Positions 1 through 7,241 of a stretch of 18,009 bases of DNA are shown piece after piece. Source of the stretch: Prasinococcaceae sp. CCMP 1430 (taxonomy: Eukaryota > Plantae > Prasinodermophyta). The stretch spans positions 166,754-184,762 of the forward strand of contig RQSC01000062.1 in the NCBI GenBank assembly GCA_013416795.1, in the 5' to 3' direction. The position numbers and the translations under genes are program-made. How positions within the stretch are numbered: position 1 is the stretch's first letter; every line of letters starts with the position of its first letter. The notes beneath the pieces are model-generated. The model ran no database searches. It was not told where the DNA came from and saw only the letters and a list, made by a program, of their open reading frames with translations.

Positions 1-418
1 CGGACGCGCGCGCCAACAGCCCGCTGCGGCGCGCCGTGCCGTATGAGTTAGGGCGCGGCGGCGCCGGGCAACGCCCGCGCCCGAGCCCCCGGGACGTGCG
101 CGCGTGGGCCGGGAGCTGGTGACGGTCGAGCGGGCGCAAGCGTGCGCGCGCGCGTGTGTGTGTGGGGGGGGGATGGGGGGAGGAGGCGCCGGATTGCGAT
201 GCGGGGAGGGGGAGCTTGCCCGCGCGACGCCCTGCCTCCACGGGGCTGCGGCGCTCGCGCCGCCGATTGTCGATCTGCGTCTTTCGGAGCGCGCCTGCGA
301 TGCAACCGTGCGCTCGCCGCGGCGCGCAGCCGACCTCGTTAGCCGACGAGTAGCTGACCTCTCGCCCCCCACCCCCACCCCCCCTCACCCCCCCCGGCCG
401 TCCTCCATCCCACCGCAG
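1..418 (+). other. 3' part of the COPB2 first intron (donor not seen in the window)
   Basis: Branch motif GCTGAC at 353-358, AG-free C-rich tract 360-415, CAG at 416-418 directly before the in-frame PLRLE codons. No ATG followed by a GT donor occurs in 1-418. Confidence 0.75.
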
Positions 419-3250
419 CCGCTCCGCCTCGAGATCCAGCGCCAGCTGGCGCAGCGCTCGGACCGCGTCAAGAGCGTCGAGCTCCACCCGACGGAGCCAT
501 GGGTGCTGTGCAACCTGTACAGCGGCAGCATCTACATCTACAACACGCAGACGCAGGCGCTCGTGACGTCGTTCGAAGTGACCGAGCTGCCCGTGCGCTG
601 CGCCAAGTTTGTGGCGCGCAAGCAGTGGATCGTGTGCGGCGCCGACGACATGTTCATCCGTGTGTTCAACTACAACACGATGGACAGGGTCAAGGCGTTC
701 GAGGCGCACACGGACTACATCCGTTCGCTGGCGGTGCACCCGACGCTGCCCTACGTGATCTCGTCCAGTGACGACATGCTGATCAAGCTGTGGGACTGGG
801 ACAAGAACTGGGCGTGCACGCAGGTGTTCGAGGGCCACTCGCACTACGTCATGCAGCTGTGCTTCAACCCCAAGGACACCAACACCTTCGCGAGCGCCTC
901 GCTCGATCGCACGGTCAAGGTGTGGTCGCTGGGCTCGCCGGTGCCAAACTTCACCCTCGATGGCCACGAGAAGGGCGTCAACTGTATCGACTACTGCGCC
1001 AGCGGCGACCGGCCGTACCTGCTGTCGGGCGCCGACGACAAGCTGGTCAAGGTCTGGGACTATCAGACCAAGTCGTGCGTGCAGACGCTCGAGGGCCACA
1101 CGCACAACGTGAGCGCGGTCATGTTCCACCCCGAGCTGCCAGTCATCGTGACGGGCTCGGAGGACGGCACCGCCCGCATCTGGCACTCCACCACGTACCG
1201 CCTCGAAAACACGCTCAACTACGGCATGGAGCGCGTGTGGTCCATCGGCGGCGCCAAGGGCTCCAACCAGGTGGCGATCGGCTACGACGAGGGCACCGTC
1301 ATCATCAAGGTCGGCCGCGAGGACCCGGTGGCGAGCATGGACGGCAACGGTAAGATCGTGTGGGCGCGCCACAACGAGGTGCAGACAGTGAACGTCAAGT
1401 CGCTGCCCGCCGACTTCAAGATCACCGATGGCGAGCGCCTCCCGCTGGCCGTCAAGGAGATGGGCAGCACGGACCTGTACCCGCAGACACTGCGGCACAG
1501 CCCGAACGGCCGCTTCGTGGTGGTGTGTGGCGACGGCGAGTACGTCATCTACACGGCCCTGGCTTGGCGCAACAAGAGCTTTGGGCAGGCGCAGGAGTTC
1601 GCGTGGGGCGCCGACAACAACGTCTTCGCCGTGCGCGAGTCGAGCAGCAAGATCCGCATCTTCTCGAACTTCAAAGAGGCCAAGTCCATCCGCCCTGCGT
1701 TCCACGCCGAGGGCATTCACGGCGGCACCTTGATGGCGGTGCGCAGCTCAGACTTCGTGTGCTTCTACGACTGGGCCACCGCCAACGTTGTGCGCCGCAT
1801 CGATGTGGAGTGCAAAGCAGTGTACTGGTCAGACAATGGCGACCACGTGGTGATCGCCGGCGACGACAGCTTCTACGTGCTGCGCTACGACGCGGACGCG
1901 GTTGCGGCGGCGGTGGCGGCGGGTGAGGAGGTCGACGAGGACGGCGTCGAGGACTCGTTTGAGCTGCTTCACGAGATCAACGACACCGTGAAGACTGCTG
2001 TGTGGCTGGGCGATTGCTTCGTGTACACCACCGCGGGCAAGCGCCTCAACTACACGGTCGGCGGGGAGGTCACCACCATGTTTCACCTGGACAGGCCCAT
2101 GTACATCCTCGGCTACATGGCCGCCCAGAACCGCGTGTACCTGATGGACAAGGAGTTCGGCATCGTATCGTACACGCTGCAGCTGTCGATGATCGAGTAC
2201 AAGACGCTCGTGATGCGCGGCGACATGGAGTCGGCCGCGGAGGTGCTGCCCACCGTGCCCGTGGAGCAGCTGGACAGCGTCGCGCACTTTCTGGAGTCGC
2301 GCGGCGAGCTGGAGCTGGCGATATCGGTGGCGCAGGACAAGGACTTCAAGTTCGACCTCGCCATTCAGCTGGGGCGACTCGACATCGCCAGCGCGATCGC
2401 TGAGGAGGCCGAGAGCGAGAGCAAGTGGAAGCAGCTTGGGGAGCTCGCCATGTCCGCCGGCAAGCTCGGGGTGGCGCTGGAGTGCATGCGCAAGGCGGGC
2501 GACCTCAGCGGCCAGCTGCTGCTGCTTAGCTCGCTGGGCGACGCGGACGGCGTGCGCGACCTCGCCGCCGCGGCACAGGCCAAGGGCAAGACCAACGTTG
2601 CGTTCATCTGCCTGCTGCTGCTCGGGGAGACGTCGGCGTGCATCGACCTGCTGGAGAGGTGCGGGCGCGTGCCCGAGGCCGCCTTCATGGCGCGCACGTA
2701 CCTCCCCAGCCGCGTGTCGGACGCGGTCGAGCTGTGGAAGGCCGACCTCAAAAAGATCAACCTGAAGGCGGCGGAGGCGCTCGCCGACCCGAAGGAGTAC
2801 GCGAACCTGTTCCCCGACTTCGAGCTGGCCATGCAAGCTGAGAAGCTGTACGCACAGGCGAGCACCTCGCGCGAGGCTGCGACGTCGTACAAGGGCGCCG
2901 AGTTCTACCGCTCGCGCGATCTGCTGGAGGAGGCGCGCGGGGGCATCGCACCGGGCGGGGACGACGTTGCTGCTTCACCGGCGGACGTGGAGGCGGAAGA
3001 CATGGCCGAGGAGGACACGGCATCGCCGGAGCCCGAAGTAGCGACAGAGCCTGAGGCCGCCACACTGGAGGTCGAGGCGGAAGCGGAAGCCGAGGGGGAT
3101 GCGGATGCGGATGCGGAGGCGGAGGCGGAGGTGGAGGTGGAGGAGGAGGAGGAGGAGGAGGACGACGAGGATGATGATGAGGCGGACATGGCCGATGCGG
3201 CAGATGACCTCAACCTCGACGACGATGATGACTGGGGCGCCGACGACTAA
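419..3250 (+). CDS. COPB2: Coatomer subunit beta' (COPI, WD40 repeats plus coatomer WDAD solenoid); main coding exon. The initiator ATG is probably on an upstream exon outside the window.
   Basis: Translation from 419 is PLRLEIQRQLAQRSDRVKSVELHPTEPW..., matching the conserved beta'-COP N-terminus (MPLRL.IKRKL..RSDRVKSVDLHPTEPW). It has WD40 repeats (FEAHTDYIR, FEGHSHYVM, LEGHTHNVS) and an acidic tail, and stops at TAA 3248-3250. ORF residues encoded by 104-418 are intron-like: GCTGAC branch site 353-358, C-rich tract, CAG acceptor 416-418. Confidence 0.96.
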   Translation, partial: PLRLEIQRQLAQRSDRVKSVELHPTEPWVLCNLYSGSIYIYNTQTQALVTSFEVTELPVRCAKFVARKQWIVCGADDMFIRVFNYNTMDRVKAFEAHTDYIRSLAVHPTLPYVISSSDDMLIKLWDWDKNWACTQVFEGHSHYVMQLCFNPKDTNTFASASLDRTVKVWSLGSPVPNFTLDGHEKGVNCIDYCASGDRPYLLSGADDKLVKVWDYQTKSCVQTLEGHTHNVSAVMFHPELPVIVTGSEDGTARIWHSTTYRLENTLNYGMERVWSIGGAKGSNQVAIGYDEGTVIIKVGREDPVASMDGNGKIVWARHNEVQTVNVKSLPADFKITDGERLPLAVKEMGSTDLYPQTLRHSPNGRFVVVCGDGEYVIYTALAWRNKSFGQAQEFAWGADNNVFAVRESSSKIRIFSNFKEAKSIRPAFHAEGIHGGTLMAVRSSDFVCFYDWATANVVRRIDVECKAVYWSDNGDHVVIAGDDSFYVLRYDADAVAAAVAAGEEVDEDGVEDSFELLHEINDTVKTAVWLGDCFVYTTAGKRLNYTVGGEVTTMFHLDRPMYILGYMAAQNRVYLMDKEFGIVSYTLQLSMIEYKTLVMRGDMESAAEVLPTVPVEQLDSVAHFLESRGELELAISVAQDKDFKFDLAIQLGRLDIASAIAEEAESESKWKQLGELAMSAGKLGVALECMRKAGDLSGQLLLLSSLGDADGVRDLAAAAQAKGKTNVAFICLLLLGETSACIDLLERCGRVPEAAFMARTYLPSRVSDAVELWKADLKKINLKAAEALADPKEYANLFPDFELAMQAEKLYAQASTSREAATSYKGAEFYRSRDLLEEARGGIAPGGDDVAASPADVEAEDMAEEDTASPEPEVATEPEAATLEVEAEAEAEGDADADAEAEAEVEVEEEEEEEDDEDDDEADMADAADDLNLDDDDDWGADD
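2960..3250 (+). repeat. Low-complexity acidic coding tail of COPB2 (GAG/GAC/GCG-rich trinucleotide runs)
   Basis: Encodes ...EAEAEAEGDADADAEAEAEVEVEEEEEEEDDEDDDEADMADAADDLNLDDDDDWGADD; a (GAG)n run lies around 3140-3160. Confidence 0.85.
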
Positions 3251-3272
3251 AGAGGGCAGTCGGCGAACGCTA

Positions 3273-3408
3273 TTACAGTTTACTTGAAGAGGGACCCTGC
3301 CCACGAGTAATTACGACCTCCCTTTTTACAACCGCGCTCAGCGACGCGCCTGCGCACGCGCGCGCGTCGATCGGTCCGCTGGCAATGTATCACATAGAAA
3401 AAATTACA
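3273..3408 (-). promoter_or_regulatory. Three TGTAA (chlorophyte-type polyadenylation signal) candidates downstream of the PAM71-like gene
   Basis: TTACA on the + strand at 3404-3408, 3326-3330 and 3273-3277. UGUAA is the established poly(A) signal in Chlamydomonas-type green algae. Confidence 0.5.
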
Positions 3409-3411
3409 TCG

Positions 3412-4250
3412 CTAATTACTGAGCCCTGCGTCGACGAACGTGGCGAGCGCGAAGAAGAGGAAGAGCGACCCGCCCGCGTAGCCGATGACCTTCTCGTCGA
3501 CGCGCTCCTTGAGCGCCTCGCCCGTGAAGACGGCGATGAGGCAGATGGGAAAGAACCCCGCGATGGCGCCCGTGATCACCGAGGAGGGCGGCGCGCTCGC
3601 CGCGAGCGCGATGGTCGCAAGCTGGCTCTTGTCGCCCCACTCCGCCGCGAAGACCAGGGCGAACGTGCTCGCCACCATCTTGCCAAATTCGCCCCCGACG
3701 AAGTCGGCGATGGCCTCCTCCGCATCCTCCGCCTCCTCGGCCATCTTCACGTTGCCCGATTCGAGCTCATAGGTCTCCTTGAGGGTGCTGTAGCCGAACC
3801 AGAGCAGGAGGGTGCCCGCGAAGAGGTCGTCGAGCGGCAGCCCCGCCAGCGGCCCCGGCAGCTCGAGCGACGCGTCGGCGAGGTGCAGCGCCTCGCCGAG
3901 CGCGGCGCTCACGAGGGTCATCGCCGAGAGCGCGCCGAACGTGCCGAGGAAGACGCTGCCCTTGGACTGGCGCAGCGCGAGCAGCACGGCAATGAAGAAG
4001 GTCTTGTCGCCAATCTCGCTGAAGAAGATCAGCAGGAACGACTTGACGAAGCCCGACGACGCGTCGAGCGTCGCGACGTCACCGGCCGCCGAGGCGAGGT
4101 CGAACGCGGCGGTGGCGGACGCGGCGGCGGGCGCCACTGCGTGCGGCGTGGCCAGCGCGAGTGAGACCTGCGCCGCGTCGGCCACCGCACACGCGTCCAC
4201 GCAGGTTGCCGCGCAGCGCACTCCTGCTGCGCGCGCTCGTCCCCCGCGCC
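3412..4250 (-). CDS. PAM71: GDT1/UPF0016 family Mn2+/Ca2+ transporter, chloroplast PAM71-like; 5'-truncated at the gap
   Basis: Two UPF0016 signature motifs, FFSEIGDKTF and FAAEWGDKSQ. The segment GFVKSFLLIFFSEIGDKTFFIA...LPLDDLFAGTLLLWFGYSTL resembles plant PAM71 as I recall it. The frame stays open from GTG 4221 to the N at 4251 (RGGRARAAGVRCAA, transit-peptide-like) with no ATG. Stop TAG at 3414-3412. Confidence 0.88.
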
Positions 4251-4251
4251 N
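4251..4251. other. Assembly join (single N)
   Basis: One N between two divergent genes that both lack their 5' ends. Confidence 0.9.
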
Positions 4252-4628
4252 TGTACGAGGCCGGTGAGTCGCCCGATCACATCGTCGTGATCAAGTACCT
4301 GCCGTACGTGGGTGACTCGAAGCGTGCGATGGACGAGTACACCTCGGAGCTGTTCATGAATGGCAAGAACACCATCGTCATGCACAACACGTGTGAGGAC
4401 TCGCTGCTCGCAGCGCCCATCATTCTCGACCTGGTGCTGCTGGCCGAACTCATTACGCGCATCGAACTCAGGAAGGACGGCGAGGAGTTCCACGGCTTCC
4501 ACCCGGTCGCCGTGCTGCTTTCGTATCTCACCAAGGCGCCGCTGGTGCCCGAGGGCACTCCTGTCGTGAACGCCCTCGCGAAGCAGCGTGCGATGCTCGA
4601 GAACATCATGCGCGCGTGCGTGGGCCTG
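4251..4628 (+). CDS. INO1: myo-inositol-1-phosphate synthase (MIPS/INO1), C-terminal ~125-aa fragment; first part of the fusion ORF 4251-5306
   Basis: [66 protein letters not shown]...[37 protein letters not shown] is the plant/algal MIPS C-terminus. It begins at the N at 4251 and lacks the usual terminal APENNM.LEYK-type residues. Confidence 0.93.
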
Positions 4629-5306
4629 CTGTGGCGCGGTGCGGGGGCGGCGTTTGACGCGGCCGCGCACCTCGACGGCGAGGCGGCGCCGCGCGTGGCG
4701 GGCTTCGATCTAGACGGCACGCTCGTCAAAACCGAGTCCGGTGAGAAGAAGTTCGCCCACTCGGCGTCCGACTGGAAGCTCTTCAGCGAGGGAGTCGTGC
4801 CCGCCGTGCGCAGGCTGCACGCCGCCGGCCACATCATCGTCATCTTCTCCAACCAGAACAGCGTCAAGGGGGCGCTGGAAGGCAAGGCCGCGGCCAAGGT
4901 CAAGGGCAGGCTCGACCAGGTGATCGCAGAGCTCGGCGTGCCGGCGTTCGCCTTCGCCGCCACGCAGAAGGGCGACAAGGATCCGCAGTGCTACCGCAAG
5001 CCGCACGCGGGCATGTGGCAGCTCTTCGTGCGCTCGTGCCTGGGCGGGCGCGCGCCCGACATTGCGAGGAGCGTGTACGTGGGCGACGCGGCCGGGCGGG
5101 AGGGGGACTTCGCCGACACGGACAAGGGATTTGCGGACGCCGTCGGGGTGCGCTTCCTCACGCCCGAGGAGGCCTTCGGCGATGACAGCGCGGCGGCGCT
5201 CGAGTTTGCGGCAGGCCCCGCCGACGCCGCCGACGCGGCGGAGAGGCGGGATGGGCCGGCCGGGGGGGCAGTAGTAGACGACGGGCGTCCCGAGTCGACA
5301 CCGTGA
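4629..5306 (+). CDS. Polynucleotide/DNA 3'-phosphatase domain (PNK3P, HAD IIIA; PNKP/Tpp1/ZDP-like, no kinase domain); second part of the fusion ORF
   Basis: HAD motif [14 protein letters not shown] (DLDGT at 4707-4721), DWK, motif II IVIFSNQ, motif [12 protein letters not shown], motif [32 protein letters not shown]. Stop TGA at 5304-5306. Confidence 0.9.
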   Translation: MWRGAGAAFDAAAHLDGEAAPRVAGFDLDGTLVKTESGEKKFAHSASDWKLFSEGVVPAVRRLHAAGHIIVIFSNQNSVKGALEGKAAAKVKGRLDQVIAELGVPAFAFAATQKGDKDPQCYRKPHAGMWQLFVRSCLGGRAPDIARSVYVGDAAGREGDFADTDKGFADAVGVRFLTPEEAFGDDSAAALEFAAGPADAADAAERRDGPAGGAVVDDGRPESTP

Positions 5307-5327
5307 GACCTACCGCTGACGGTGCTG

Positions 5328-5332
5328 TGTAA
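5328..5332 (+). promoter_or_regulatory. TGTAA polyadenylation-signal candidate for the INO1::PNK3P ORF
   Basis: TGTAA 22 nt after the TGA at 5306. Confidence 0.5.
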
Positions 5333-5521
5333 TATGGTAATGATTGCGTGCGCACGCTCGCGCGCTCCGACCCCGCTCCGCCGCTCATGCGAGGAATGCC
5401 TCCGCTCGGTGCGACCAATCGCTCCTCTTTTATTATCCCTGCGGCTGTGTCCTGGTGCCCAGTGCGTCGTATTAAGTGCACCGACTTGCAGCAGGTGTGC
5501 ACGTAGCCAAGCGGGGCGAGC

Positions 5522-6464
5522 TCACGCGAGCCTGGGGACGAGTGGCGCATGCGCCCTCGTCAGTTCCTATCCATGCGGGGACGCGACCACTCGCCCTCGA
5601 TCTGCGAACGCGGGCGCCGGCATGCGCGCGCGAGGCGCATGCGCGCCTCTCACTGTCCGCAGTCGACGACGACGATCGGCTGCGTTGTCCTGCCGCTTAT
5701 GGAGCCGCACTCCATGATCTTCTCGAAGACGTGCATGGTGTCCTCGGTGACCTTGCCGAAGGCGACGTGCTTGCCGTCGAGCCAGGGCGAGGGCGCCTCA
5801 ACGATGAAGAACTGCGAGCTGTTGGTATCCCTGCCGCCGTTAGCCATCGACACGATACCCACCGAGTCGTGCCGCACGGTGAAGTTCTCGTCGGCAAAGC
5901 TCGTGCCGTAAATCGACTCGCCGCCCGTGCCGTTGCCGCGCACAAAGTCACCGCCCTGTGCGATGAAGTGCTTTATCACGCGGTAAAAGATGGAGCCCCG
6001 GTAGCACAGCGGCCGCCCCGACGCGCCCACGCCCTTCTCGCCCGTGCACAGGCAGCGAAAGTTCTCCGCGGTCTTTGGCACCTTGTGGGGCGGCGGGAAG
6101 GGAGGGGCGGAGGAGGCACGCGCCAGAGCGCCAGGCAGGCGGCCGACAGTCCGGGGATGTGCAAAATATTCGTGTGCGGCGGCAAGCGCGGACGGAAGGG
6201 GAGTGGAGGGGATTCAAGGTCAGCGCATGGTGCGTGCGCAACGATGCGCAATGAGATTTGCAGCTATGTCCACGCCCGCGCTGGTGCCTGCAGCCACCAC
6301 CACGACCATGGCGCGCCCTGCTCCGCCGTTCCCCCCCCCCACCGCCCTTCACGACCGCGCCCCGCCGCAGCCGCGCTCACTTTGTCGTTGAAGAGGTCGA
6401 TCTCCAGCCTGCCGCAGTGCTTCGCGCCGATGGACACGTCCAGGTACACGCGCGGCCTCCCCAT
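5522..6464 (-). CDS. Single-domain cyclophilin (peptidyl-prolyl cis-trans isomerase), divergent-loop type; exons 6464-6381, 6081-5654, 5531-5522 (173 aa)
   Basis: Exon 1 [28 protein letters not shown] ends at a GTGAGC donor. Exon 2 is [46 protein letters not shown]...[12 protein letters not shown]. Splicing CA|GTGAGA (5653) to CCCCAG|G (5532) adds CTC GCG TGA, giving DCGQLA*. The exon 3 call is less certain than exons 1-2. Confidence 0.92.
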
Positions 6465-6519
6465 CGCCGCGGCCACGGCCGCTCGCGCGCGCGCGCGCCC
6501 CACGAAACGACCAACCAAT

Positions 6520-6784
6520 CGAGCCCCAAAATCCATCCGAAAACAGCACGATGCAATCCAAATCCAAATCCAGAAACGATCAGTCGAGCCCCAAAAACCA
6601 TTCATAATTAAAACGACGCAGTCCCGAATCCGAATCCGCAAAGGATCACTCGAGCCCCAAAACGATCCGAAATTAGAAGGACGCAGTCCCGAATCCGAAT
6701 CCGAAAACGATCGGTCGAGCACCAAAAAACATCCGAAAACGGAACGACGCAAACCACTCCCGAAATCCGAATCCGAATCGATCG
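6520..6784. repeat. Degenerate tandem array of four ~65-69 bp units
   Basis: Units begin CGAGC(C/A)CCAAAA at 6520, 6585, 6651 and 6716. They share ATCCGAAA (units 1, 3, 4), (A/G)GA(C/T)GCA, doubled (G/A)AATCC and GATC.(G/C)T. Confidence 0.85.
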
Positions 6785-6942
6785 CGCCACAGTGGAGTTT
6801 GGGTGAATGTTTGGGGTTAGAGATAGGGTTCGTGTCAGGCGGAATTGAACCTTATCCAGCGGGCAGGCGGCGGATGTCCGCGGCCACACAAGTTTTTTCC
6901 CGGGCGGCGCGGCGCGCGGCGGGCGCGTGGCACTATCCACCG

Positions 6943-6961
6943 AGTGCGCGTGTTGTGTGTT

Positions 6962-7018
<57 letters not shown>

Positions 7019-7161
7019 ACGAGCATTCACGGGTCGGCGTGCGTGTGTATGCGCGCGTGTGTGAGCACCAATGTGCAAGCGCGTGCAGAGTACGCCCTCG
7101 CACACACGCACACATGCGCGCGCGCGCGCGCGCGCGTCCCCGTGTGTGTGTGTGTGTGTGT
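6943..7161. repeat. (GT)n/(CA)n/(CG)n microsatellite cluster running into the gap
   Basis: (GT)23 at 6969-7014, CACACGCACAC and a (CG)n run near 7100-7136, and (GT)~10 at 7142-7161 adjoining the Ns. Confidence 0.95.
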
Positions 7162-7241
7162 NNNNNNNNNNNNNNNNNNNNNNNNNNNNNNNNNNNNNNN
7201 NNNNNNNNNNNNNNNNNNNNNNNNNNNNNNNNNNNNNNNNN
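7162..7241. other. Assembly gap (80 N)
   Basis: N run following a (GT)n tract. Confidence 0.99.

Noticed and set aside
104-418. 105-aa N-terminal extension of COPB2 in the ORF track
   Set aside because: It starts at a GTG, has low-complexity G/P content and contains a branch site, C-tract and acceptor, so it is intron sequence.
1829-2836. 335-aa antisense ORF, and the many similar Arg/Ala-rich overlapping ORFs throughout the window
   Set aside because: These are shadow ORFs produced by high GC3 codon bias, with no recognisable domains.
4611-4640. Intron starting at GTGCGT within INO1 that would explain the fusion
   Set aside because: The MIPS match continues through the site (ACVGL), and no branch site or acceptor follows before the PNK3P domain.
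6520-6784. CRISPR array interpretation of the 65-bp repeats
   Set aside because: The context is eukaryotic, units are similar along their whole length with no unique spacers, and there are no cas genes.
6800-6945. tRNA gene around GGTTCAATTCC
   Set aside because: The T-stem does not pair (TAAGG/CCGCC), and no acceptor or anticodon arm can be formed.
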